A DNA stretch of 64,000 bases from Paracoccaceae bacterium (lineage in GTDB: Bacteria; Pseudomonadota; Alphaproteobacteria; Rhodobacterales; Rhodobacteraceae): NCBI GenBank assembly GCA_027484915.1, contig JAIXSA010000018.1:7059-71058 (forward strand), written 5' to 3'. The stretch's first letter is position 1. The number at the start of each line of letters is the position of its first letter. Below the pieces are notes generated by a model. The model saw only the letters and a program-made list of their open reading frames with translations, did not search any database and was not told the origin of the DNA. A program made the translations under genes and the position numbers. Shown here one piece after another: positions 56,078 through 64,000 of the stretch.

Positions 56078-57066
56078 CGTAGGCGGTCCAGGCAGGCCTC
56101 TGCCTCTTCGACCATGCGCCGCAACCGCTCGGCTGCGGGGACCACGTCGTGGATCAGCCCCGCACCCTGGCCTGCATAGAGCGCCATCTCCTCCAGCGAT
56201 CCCGTGGTGTGGCGCATGGGAGAGTCGGTGGAATAGCGCAAGAGGGGCTGGCCCGCATCCTCGGCGATCACCTCGCGCGGCAGGGTTGCGGGGTCGTGGC
56301 CCATCAGCCGATCCCCCTGCGCTGCCGTCACGCTGTTCGCGATGACTCGGACCGCCGCCCCCTTTGGCCAGTTCAGCACGAAGACATCTGTGAGGACAGT
56401 GTCCCCGCCCTCGGCTTCCACCACCCGCCGCTTGTGGTAGTCGTGTGCCCAGGCCTCATCCGTCGCCAGGAAGACGGTGCCGCACTGCACGCCCTGCGCC
56501 CCCAGCGCAAGCGCCGCAGCCAGCGCGCGGCCCGAACCGATGCCGCCCGATAGGACAACCGGGACCTGCGCCCGCTCCAGAACCGCCTCGGCAAGCGCGA
56601 AGCTGCCCATCCTGCCGTGCACGTGGCCCCCGGCCTCGATCCCTTGTGTGATGATCACGTCCGCGCCCGCCGCCTCGGCCTGGCGCGCCGCCGCCACGGT
56701 GCCGACCTGATGCAGCACAAGGCACCCTTCGCGCTTCATCCGCCCGATCACCTCGGGCAATGGGTCCCAGAAGAAGGTGAAATGCCGCACCCCAAGGTCA
56801 AGGCAGCGGCCGAGCTGGCGGTCCAGCAATGAGGGGTCAGTGGCCGAAGGGATCACGTTCACCGCAAAGGGCCGATCCGTGGCCGCACGCAGGGCCGCAA
56901 TCTCGGCCTCGATCAGCTCGGGGCTTTCACGGACCATCCCCAGCATCGGATACCCGCCCGCCTTGGCCACGGCTGCCGCAAGCTCGGACCGGGCGACCCC
57001 GCCCATCCCCGCCAGCAGGACCGGAACCTCGCAGCCCAGAAGATCGCACAACGGCGTCCGCAGCAT
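56074..57066 (-). CDS. Nitronate monooxygenase (2-nitropropane dioxygenase) family
   Basis: LAGMGG, QGIEAGGH, SGGIGSGR..AAALALGAQGVQCGTVF, YAGQG. Confidence 0.9.
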   Translation of the reverse strand: MLRTPLCDLLGCEVPVLLAGMGGVARSELAAAVAKAGGYPMLGMVRESPELIEAEIAALRAATDRPFAVNVIPSATDPSLLDRQLGRCLDLGVRHFTFFWDPLPEVIGRMKREGCLVLHQVGTVAAARQAEAAGADVIITQGIEAGGHVHGRMGSFALAEAVLERAQVPVVLSGGIGSGRALAAALALGAQGVQCGTVFLATDEAWAHDYHKRRVVEAEGGDTVLTDVFVLNWPKGAAVRVIANSVTAAQGDRLMGHDPATLPREVIAEDAGQPLLRYSTDSPMRHTTGSLEEMALYAGQGAGLIHDVVPAAERLRRMVEEAEACLDRLR

Positions 57067-57192
57067 TCGCCTCTCCCCGTTGCGGGGCAACGCCCGGCCA
57101 GCCGATCAGGTTCCCATGCCGAAGCGTTCCAAAGCTGGTTTTTTCGTGCCGCCCGCGCTACCCCTTGGGGACCGGCTGGTCGGGAGGGGACA

Positions 57193-57744
57193 ATGAGTGA
57201 TCGTCTGGCACGGGCCCTGGCCCTGATCGACGCGGCCAACGCGGCCGATCCCAAGGGCGAAGCGCTGGTGTACGGCCAGCGGATGACCGAGGAACTGGCG
57301 CGACTCTTCCCCGACGCGTCCGAGGTGTTGCAGGTCGCCGCCCGTGGCCAGCACGTCGAACGCTGGCTTTTGCCGCGGTCGGACTACCCCGAGGGCAAGG
57401 CCGGCTACCTCGACTGGCGGCGCGAGCAGGGCCGCCGCCATGCCGCGCGCGTGGCCGGGATCATGGCCGAGGCAGGGTTTTCCGCGGCCGACTGCGACCG
57501 GGTTGGCATCCTTCTGCGCAAGGAAGGCATCAAGCGCGACGCCGAGGTGCAGGCGCTGGAGGATGTGATCTGCTTCGTCTTCGTCCGCTGGTACTTCGCG
57601 CCCTTCGCGGCGGAACGGGACGCCGCCTCAACCCTCGACATCGTGCGCAAGACCGCCCGGAAGATGTCCGCACCGGGACGCCAGCGGCTTTTGCAGGAAT
57701 TCGCACTGCCCGAACCGCTTGCCGAAGCGTTCCGGACCGCGTGA
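57193..57744 (+). CDS. DUF4202 domain protein
   Basis: IDAANAADP, YGQRMT, AARGQHVERW..PRSDYPEGKAGYL.WR, QALEDV.C.VF. Confidence 0.88.
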   Translation: MSDRLARALALIDAANAADPKGEALVYGQRMTEELARLFPDASEVLQVAARGQHVERWLLPRSDYPEGKAGYLDWRREQGRRHAARVAGIMAEAGFSAADCDRVGILLRKEGIKRDAEVQALEDVICFVFVRWYFAPFAAERDAASTLDIVRKTARKMSAPGRQRLLQEFALPEPLAEAFRTA

Positions 57745-58008
57745 TTCCCCGCGCTTGGAGGCGCATCGCAGGCCGTTGGCGAGGCGCCAGACCAAGGCTG
57801 AAGAGACAGCCAATGGCGCGACCTGTCTGGCGTCCATCCGGTAACCCCGTGCAGCGACCGGGTAGGTTCGTGGTCAACGGTTCGTAAATGTCCGAAGCCA
57901 AGCCCCTGATTTTCCTGGCCCCTACCGTTGCGCCGCGCGCGGCGGTGCCGGCCTTGCCCGCCCGTCGCCCCCGCGCTAGGCTCCGCCCGACTTCATCCGG
58001 AGACTGCC

Positions 58009-58470
58009 ATGCACCCGATCGAGAAACGCCTTGCCGACCTCGGCGTCACCCTGCCCGACGCCCCCGCCCCTGCGGCGAATTACGTGCCCTTCGTCCAGGT
58101 GGGGAACCTGGTCCATATCTCGGGCCAGATCAGCCAGAACGAGCAGGGCCTGATCAAGGGCCGCCTGGGTGAGGACCTCAGCTTCGAACAGGGTGCCGAG
58201 GCCGCGAAACGCTGCGCGATCTCTCTCCTCGCCCAACTGAAGAAGGCCACGGGCGGCGACTGGGACCGGCTGGACCGCGCGGTCAAGCTGGTGGGCTTCG
58301 TGAACTCCACCCCCGATTTCATCGACCAGCCCAAGGTGATCAACGGCGCGTCGGACTTTCTGGTCGCGGTCCTTGGCGACGCCGGCCGCCATGCCCGCTC
58401 GGCCGTCTCCGCCGCCTCGCTGCCCTTGGGGGTCGCCGTCGAGGTCGAGGCGATCTTCGCGCTGAAATGA
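58009..58470 (+). CDS. RidA/YjgF family protein
   Basis: PAPAANYVP, ISGQI, NGASD, GRHARSAVS..SLP..VAVEVEAIF. Confidence 0.92.
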   Translation: MHPIEKRLADLGVTLPDAPAPAANYVPFVQVGNLVHISGQISQNEQGLIKGRLGEDLSFEQGAEAAKRCAISLLAQLKKATGGDWDRLDRAVKLVGFVNSTPDFIDQPKVINGASDFLVAVLGDAGRHARSAVSAASLPLGVAVEVEAIFALK

Positions 58471-59240
58471 CGCCCGTCCCGTTGCCGGAAAGCTTCCGCA
58501 AGCTTCCCATCGCCCACCGCGCCCTGCATGACCGCGCGCAAGGCCGGATCGAGAACTCCCCCGCCGCGATCCGCGCGGCGGTCGAGGCCGGGTATGCCAT
58601 CGAGATCGACCTGCAACTGTCGAAGGACGGCGTCCCGATGGTCTTCCACGATGAGGATCTTGACCGCTTGACCCATGAAACCGGCCCCCTCAACGCCCGC
58701 ACCGCTGCCGAGCTTGGCCGGATCACCCTGAAGGACTCGACCGACAGGATCCCGACCCTGGCCGAAGTCCTGTCGCTTATCGCCGGAAGGGTCCCGCTCC
58801 TCATCGAGATCAAGGACCAGACGATGGTCATGGGTCCAACGGATGGCAGGCTTGAGGCGGCGACGGCGGAAGCCCTGAAGGACTATCCCGGTGACGTAGC
58901 GCTGATGTCCTTCAACCCGCACTCCATCGCCCATATGGCCGGCCTTGCCCCGCATCTGCCGCGCGGGATCACCACTTCGGCCTACGATCCCGAGGACTGG
59001 GCACCGCTTCCCAAGGAAGTTTGCGACCGGCTCCGCCCGATTCCGGACTACGACGCGACCGGGTCCAGCTTCATCAGCCACGAAGGCCGCGACCTTGCTC
59101 GCCCCCGGGTGGCCGAGCTGAAGGCGCAAGGTGCCGCGATCCTGTGCTGGACGATCCGCTCTGCCGCCGACGAGGCGTTGGCGCGGAAGGTTGCCGACAA
59201 TGTGACCTTCGAGGGCTATCCGGCCGCGCTTCCGGCTTGA
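58467..59240 (+). CDS. Glycerophosphodiester phosphodiesterase family
   Basis: IAHRALH, ENS, IEIDLQLSKDG.PMVFHD, LLIEIK. Confidence 0.9.
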   Translation: MTPVPLPESFRKLPIAHRALHDRAQGRIENSPAAIRAAVEAGYAIEIDLQLSKDGVPMVFHDEDLDRLTHETGPLNARTAAELGRITLKDSTDRIPTLAEVLSLIAGRVPLLIEIKDQTMVMGPTDGRLEAATAEALKDYPGDVALMSFNPHSIAHMAGLAPHLPRGITTSAYDPEDWAPLPKEVCDRLRPIPDYDATGSSFISHEGRDLARPRVAELKAQGAAILCWTIRSAADEALARKVADNVTFEGYPAALPA

Positions 59241-59289
59241 CCTTCGTGAAGGGCCCGCCACCTTCCTTCCCGACCGCGAAGGGGCGCAC

Positions 59290-60447
59290 ATGGCCGACCT
59301 GACCCTTATGGACAGCCTGTCCGACATCGCCGCCGCCGAATGGGACGCGGTGGCAGCGCCTGAACAGACGGATGGCCGCCCCATCGACCCCTTCACCACG
59401 CACCGCTTCCTTGCCGCACTGGAGGAGTCCCGGTCGACGGGGGCGGGCAGCGGATGGCAGCCGCGCCCGCTGGTGCTGCGCGACGCCGGAAAGGTGCTGG
59501 CCGCCACCCCGCTTTACGTGAAGTCCCACAGTCAGGGCGAATACATTTTCGACCACGGCTGGGCCGACGCGCTGGAACGCGCGGGGGGCCGGTATTACCC
59601 CAAGCTTCAGATCGCGGTGCCGTTCACTCCGGCCACCGGGCGGCGGTTCCTTGGGCCGGATGCATATCGCGAACCCCTGTGGCAAGGGGCCATCGCGGTC
59701 ACGGCGCAGAACCGGCTGTCCAGCCTGCACGCCACCTTCTGCACCCCCGAGGAGGCCGAGGCTCTGGCCGGGGTCGAGGGCACGCTTCACCGGATCACCC
59801 AGCAGTTCCACTGGGAGAACCGGGGCTACGCGACCTTTGCCGATTTCCTGAACGACCTTTCCAGCCGCAAGCGCAAGATGATCCGCAAGGAACGCGAGAC
59901 GGCGCAGGGCAGGGGCCTGACCATCCGCGCGCTGACCGGGGACGAGATCGAGCCGCAGCACTGGGATGCCTTCTGGGCATTCTACCAGGACACCGGCAGC
60001 CGCAAATGGGGCACGCCCTACCTGACCCGCAAGGCCTTCACCCGCTTTCACGAGACGATGCGCAACGACATGCTGCTGGTCCTCGCCTTCAACGGCGACC
60101 GGCCCGTCGCGGGCGCGTTGAACTTCATCGGACGCGACACGCTGTATGGTCGCTACTGGGGCTGCACCGAAGACCACCCCTGTCTGCATTTCGAATTGTG
60201 CTACTATCAGGCCATCGACTGGGCCATCGCCAATGGCCTCAGCCGCGTGGAGGCCGGCGCGCAGGGCGAACACAAGCTGGCGCGCGGCTATCTGCCAGTC
60301 GAGGTCCATTCGATCCACTGGATTGCGGAACCTTCGTTCCGCACGGCCGTTGACCGCTACCTGCAGGCCGAACGTCGCGCCGTGGGCGAAGAGATCGAGG
60401 TGCTGACCTCCTACGGCCCCTTCCGCAAGCACGAGGGGCAGGAGTAG
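59290..60447 (+). CDS. GNAT/FemAB-like protein (DUF482)
   Basis: KSHSQGEYIFDHGWA, YYPKLQIAVPFTPATG, LYGRYWG, LHFELCYYQAI, EAGAQGEHKLARGY. Confidence 0.92.
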   Translation: MADLTLMDSLSDIAAAEWDAVAAPEQTDGRPIDPFTTHRFLAALEESRSTGAGSGWQPRPLVLRDAGKVLAATPLYVKSHSQGEYIFDHGWADALERAGGRYYPKLQIAVPFTPATGRRFLGPDAYREPLWQGAIAVTAQNRLSSLHATFCTPEEAEALAGVEGTLHRITQQFHWENRGYATFADFLNDLSSRKRKMIRKERETAQGRGLTIRALTGDEIEPQHWDAFWAFYQDTGSRKWGTPYLTRKAFTRFHETMRNDMLLVLAFNGDRPVAGALNFIGRDTLYGRYWGCTEDHPCLHFELCYYQAIDWAIANGLSRVEAGAQGEHKLARGYLPVEVHSIHWIAEPSFRTAVDRYLQAERRAVGEEIEVLTSYGPFRKHEGQE

Positions 60448-60471
60448 GCTGCAGGCAACAAAGGATGCCCT

Positions 60472-61083
60472 ATGCTGACCTTCTACACCAATCCGCAGTC
60501 GCGCGGCCGCATCGCCCGCTGGATGCTTGAGGAAACCGGCCAGCCCTATGACACGGTGGTGCTGGACTATCATGCCAGCATGAAGGCACCGGAGTACCTG
60601 GCGGTGAACCCGATGGGCAAGGTCCCGACACTGGTCCACGACGGCAAGGTCATCACCGAGAACGCGGCGATCTGCACCTATCTGGCAATGACCTTCCCCG
60701 AAGCGGGCCTGATGGCCGAAGACAAGGCCGCCTTCTTCCGATGGATGTTCTTTGCGGCGGGTCCGCTCGAGCAGGCCGTGGTCAACACCTCGTTCGGCTG
60801 GGTGCCGAGGGACCGGAATGACAAGCGGCGCGTGGGGTATGGCGACCTGTCGGATGTGCTGGGCGCACTGACCGGCCATTTTCAGGCGCAGGATTACGTC
60901 GCCGACGGGCGCTTCACGGCGGCGGATGTCTACGTGGGCAGCCAGATCGGCTGGGGGCTGCAGTTCGGCACGATTCCCGCGAATGATGTGCTGGCGGCCT
61001 ATTGGGCGCGGCTGAAGGATCGCCCGGCGCTGGCTCAGGCGAATGCCAAGGACAACGCCTTGATTGCAAAGGACACGCCATGA
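60472..61083 (+). CDS. Glutathione S-transferase family
   Basis: PQSRG...WMLEE, NPMGKVP, ENAAI..YL, FTAADVY. Confidence 0.92.
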   Translation: MLTFYTNPQSRGRIARWMLEETGQPYDTVVLDYHASMKAPEYLAVNPMGKVPTLVHDGKVITENAAICTYLAMTFPEAGLMAEDKAAFFRWMFFAAGPLEQAVVNTSFGWVPRDRNDKRRVGYGDLSDVLGALTGHFQAQDYVADGRFTAADVYVGSQIGWGLQFGTIPANDVLAAYWARLKDRPALAQANAKDNALIAKDTP

Positions 61084-61445
61084 CACCTCTGTTGCCGGAA
61101 GCCGACCGCCGGACTGCGCTTCCGCCCCTGGCCGAAACCGGCTGGGCCGCGGTGCCGGACCGCGATGCGATCCGCAAGGTGTGGAAGTTCCGCTCTTTCT
61201 CGGAAGCCTGGGGCTTCATGACCCGTGCCGCGCTGGTGGCCGAAAAGCTGAACCATCACCCGGAATGGAGGAACGTCTACAACATCGTGGACGTGACGCT
61301 GACCACGCATGACTGCCACGGGATCAGCCAACTGGACATCGACCTCGCCACCCGGATGGACAAGCTGGCCCCCGACGCCCAGGTCGACCGCAACCACGGC
61401 GAGCCGATCAGCTGCCTGTGCGAGCTGCGCGCGCGAAAGGCCTAA
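61080..61445 (+). CDS. phhB: Pterin-4-alpha-carbinolamine dehydratase
   Basis: [30 protein letters not shown]; ATGA overlap with the GST gene. Confidence 0.9.
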   Translation: MTPLLPEADRRTALPPLAETGWAAVPDRDAIRKVWKFRSFSEAWGFMTRAALVAEKLNHHPEWRNVYNIVDVTLTTHDCHGISQLDIDLATRMDKLAPDAQVDRNHGEPISCLCELRARKA

Positions 61446-61530
61446 GGCCGTCCGGTCGGACAAAAGCCGCCTTTGGACCGTTGGTGAAGATCACCTCTCG
61501 CGGTGCTGGGCGTCAGACACCCACGGCGGC

Positions 61531-62157
61531 CTAAAGTACTCCGGCCATCCGCGCCCCGGTCAGAAGGTCGGGGGCAAGGTGATGCGCCCAGCGACCCTGA
61601 CTGGGGACGACATCGGGCACCTGCACGACGACACAGCCCGCACGATGCGCAGCCTCGGCGCCGGTCTCACTGTCTTCGAACACCAGGCAGCGCGCGGGCG
61701 ACACGCCGAAGAGCGAGGCCGCAAGCAGGTAAGGTTCGGGGTCGGGCTTCGGGGTACGGACGTCGTCCAGGGTGACGACATGGGTGAAGGCCCCGGCGAT
61801 CCCGGCGATGCCCAGTTTGCGATGCGCCCCGACCCGACCGGTCGAGGTGACCACGGCCAGCGGTGCGGTCAGCGCGGGGAGGAGGTCCAGCGTGCCCGGC
61901 TTCAAGGCAAGGCCGTTGTCCACCCCGTCATTGAACCCCTTGCGCCAATGCAGGTTGACCGCGTCGAGGTCGATCCCCGGCAGTGCGGCGCGGATCATCT
62001 GCGCGGCAGTGGGTTCGTCCTTGCCGACCAGGCCATGCATGAAGATCTCGTCCACCTCATGCCCATGCGCGGCGAAGGCCGCCAGGCCGGTCACCAGAGC
62101 GATGCTTTCGGTGTCGATCAGCGTTCCGTCGAGGTCGAAGAGAATGGCGTCGTACAT
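61531..62157 (-). CDS. HAD family phosphatase
   Basis: ILFDLDGTLIDTE, VVTS, KPDPEPYL, FEDSETG. Confidence 0.9.
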   Translation of the reverse strand: MYDAILFDLDGTLIDTESIALVTGLAAFAAHGHEVDEIFMHGLVGKDEPTAAQMIRAALPGIDLDAVNLHWRKGFNDGVDNGLALKPGTLDLLPALTAPLAVVTSTGRVGAHRKLGIAGIAGAFTHVVTLDDVRTPKPDPEPYLLAASLFGVSPARCLVFEDSETGAEAAHRAGCVVVQVPDVVPSQGRWAHHLAPDLLTGARMAGVL

Positions 62158-62185
62158 CAGGGCCTCCGGGCGGAGGCATAGCCGA

Positions 62186-64000
62186 TCACAGATGCAGCCG
62201 GTAGTGGGTAAAGCCCTCGGCATCCCGGCTGATGATCTGGGGCCGGTAGACGGCGATGTCCGACAGGTGGGCGGCCGCCCCGTCGCCCGCGGCGATACGG
62301 ACGGTGGTGCCGGGCATCGGCAGGAAGTGCCAGTTGCGCTGCGGGACGGCCCCCACACGGCGCTGGGCCTGGACATGTGAGGCGATGATCGACTGCACCC
62401 GCGCCCCATCGGTGAAGGCGACCTGCAGGTCGGACAGCGGGTCCTGCAGCCTTGCCCGCCCGGCCCGATGGCTGTTCGTCACCAGAAGGAACTCCTCCTG
62501 CGGGTCGACGGCCCGTCCCCCGAAGCGCAGTCCGGTGATCCGCCGCGCATCGGGCCGGACCAGGCGGCCTTGGCCGTCGAACCGGGCTGGCTGAGACAGG
62601 TCGATGGCGTAGGACAGCTGCGGGATCGCCTCGAACAGGAACGAGGGCATGCTTTCGTCATGCAGCGGCGCATCCACCGATCCGGGGATGACCTGGCGGA
62701 AGATGGTTGCCGCGCGTTCCAGCCAATTGGCGACCTCTGCTCCGGTCAGAAGCAGCGTGATGATCGTGTTCGGATAGGGATACAGGTCCGAGACGTTGCG
62801 CATCCGCACCGGACCTGCCGGGATCTCGGTGAAGCTGCCGGGTCCGCCCCGCCCGCCGGCGCGGAACGGGGTGGCCGAGGACAGAAGTGGCAGCCCGCTC
62901 CAGGCGGTATCGGACAGGGCCTGGCGGACGTGTTCGGCCTTGGCCTCGGCGATAAGCGCCAGCGCCGCCGATGGGGCCGTGGTGGCAAAATGGGTGTGCA
63001 GCGGGACTGTCGCCTCGCCAAGCTGGCGGCGCGACCAGGCCAGTGCCGCGCGGTGGTCCGGGGCCAGCGCCCGGTGCAGTGCCGCCGTCGGAGTACGCAG
63101 GTTGCGCTGGCCGATCCGTGCGTGCGAGCCGACGACCTGCCAGCGACGCGCGCCCGCGCTCGACCGCTGGAGCTGCAGGTCGATGATCCCCAGATGGTTT
63201 GCGGAATGACCGGGCATCACTGCCGGCTTGCCCGCCAGAAGGCCCCGGACAGGATCGACGGCCGGGGAACTGGGGAAGCTCGGTCCGGGGAAGATCTGAT
63301 GGCTGTGGCCGGCAATCACGGCGTCGATTTCTGGCATGGCAGCCAACGCGGTCGCAGCGTTCTCGCTGCCTTCCTCGGGGTCCAGCGCGCCGATCCCGGA
63401 ATGGGCCAGGGCCACGATGATGTCCGCACCTTGCGCCCGCAGCCGTGGCAACCAGGCCCGCGCGGCAGCCAGGATGTCGCGTGTCTTGACCCGCCCGCCC
63501 AAGGCCTCACGGTCCCATTCGGCGATCTGCGGCGGTGCAAATCCGATCACGCCGATCCGCAAGACATGGGCGTTGCCCGCGTCATCGAAAATCTGGCGGC
63601 GCAGGATCGCAAAGGGCGGCACCAGCGTCTCGTCCCGCGCCGGACTTGTGCCCAGCCGGGTGGCGATGTTGGCCGAGACGATGGGAAAGCGGGCCTCGGC
63701 CAGCACCTCGCACAGGAAGCCCAGGCCATAATCGAATTCGTGGTTTCCCAGCGTCGCGGCATCATAGCCAAGCGTATTGAACGCCGTGATCACCGGATGC
63801 GCCCGACGACGGCGGGCCGTGGCTGCAAAATCCGCCAAGGGGCTGCCTTGCAGGAAATCGCCGTTGTCGAACAGCAGGCAATTGCGCGCCTCGCCCCGCG
63901 CTTCGGCGATCTGCTGCGATATGGCACCCAGGCCGAGGTCGGCATTCGGGCGGTTCGCGCAGTAATCATACGGCATCAGGCTGGCATGCAGGTCGCTGGT
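62186..64000 (-). CDS. cpdB: 2',3'-cyclic-nucleotide 2'-phosphodiesterase/3'-nucleotidase, 5'-truncated by window end
   Basis: TSDLH at the window edge, DNGDFLQG, GNHEFDYG, AHSG, GHSHQIFP, DLYPYPNT, TNSHRA. Confidence 0.88.
   Translation of the reverse strand, partial: TSDLHASLMPYDYCANRPNADLGLGAISQQIAEARGEARNCLLFDNGDFLQGSPLADFAATARRRRAHPVITAFNTLGYDAATLGNHEFDYGLGFLCEVLAEARFPIVSANIATRLGTSPARDETLVPPFAILRRQIFDDAGNAHVLRIGVIGFAPPQIAEWDREALGGRVKTRDILAAARAWLPRLRAQGADIIVALAHSGIGALDPEEGSENAATALAAMPEIDAVIAGHSHQIFPGPSFPSSPAVDPVRGLLAGKPAVMPGHSANHLGIIDLQLQRSSAGARRWQVVGSHARIGQRNLRTPTAALHRALAPDHRAALAWSRRQLGEATVPLHTHFATTAPSAALALIAEAKAEHVRQALSDTAWSGLPLLSSATPFRAGGRGGPGSFTEIPAGPVRMRNVSDLYPYPNTIITLLLTGAEVANWLERAATIFRQVIPGSVDAPLHDESMPSFLFEAIPQLSYAIDLSQPARFDGQGRLVRPDARRITGLRFGGRAVDPQEEFLLVTNSHRAGRARLQDPLSDLQVAFTDGARVQSIIASHVQAQRRVGAVPQRNWHFLPMPGTTVRIAAGDGAAAHLSDIAVYRPQIISRDAEGFTHYRLHL

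Noticed and set aside
57745-58008. Small gene or ncRNA in the DUF4202-RidA gap
   Set aside because: The candidate ORFs overlap neighbours and lack an RBS or motifs; no convincing structure or terminator
58009-60447. RidA-GDPD-GNAT cluster as a novel system
   Set aside because: This gene order is a familiar conserved alphaproteobacterial neighbourhood; nothing unusual was seen here

Overview
High-GC alphaproteobacterial chromosomal segment. Gene content and protein style suggest Rhodobacteraceae/Paracoccaceae (Tabrizicola/Rhodobacter-like); this is inference, not a database result. The window has three parts. (1) 1-17.4 kb: housekeeping genes (purE, Hsp20-DUF1150, sat/cysC, rppH-ctpA-envC-gpmI, two DMT transporters, leuC-[GT4]-leuD), an unannotated macrodomain/PARG-like protein and a His-tailed MFS. 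(2) About 17.4-41.9 kb: a compact general-stress-response (GSR) island. It encodes an EcfG-type ECF sigma factor, a NepR-like anti-sigma, an HWE kinase, two Ku plus LigD, an ATP-dependent ligase and exonuclease, MPG, KatE, YciF, an SDR and many tiny or low-complexity proteins. About 20 GGAAC-N16/17-[CGT]GTT promoters can be read directly upstream of these genes. The gene divergent from nepR is not a canonical PhyR. It is a receiver domain fused to a C-terminal sigma2-like domain, i.e. a domain-inverted, sigma4-less PhyR analogue, and is the best candidate for an undescribed system here. Two promoters are perfect bidirectional GGAAC-N17-GTTCC palindromes, and one of them fires antisense through this regulator towards nepR. 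(3) 42-64 kb: a urease operon with inserted accessory genes, urtABCDE, and conserved housekeeping genes. Several conserved genes carry single-base lesions (urtA and DUF3008 nonsense codons, one frameshift, missense changes in leuC and FAH motifs), which may be consensus errors. No tRNA, rRNA, CRISPR array, integrase or IS element was seen.
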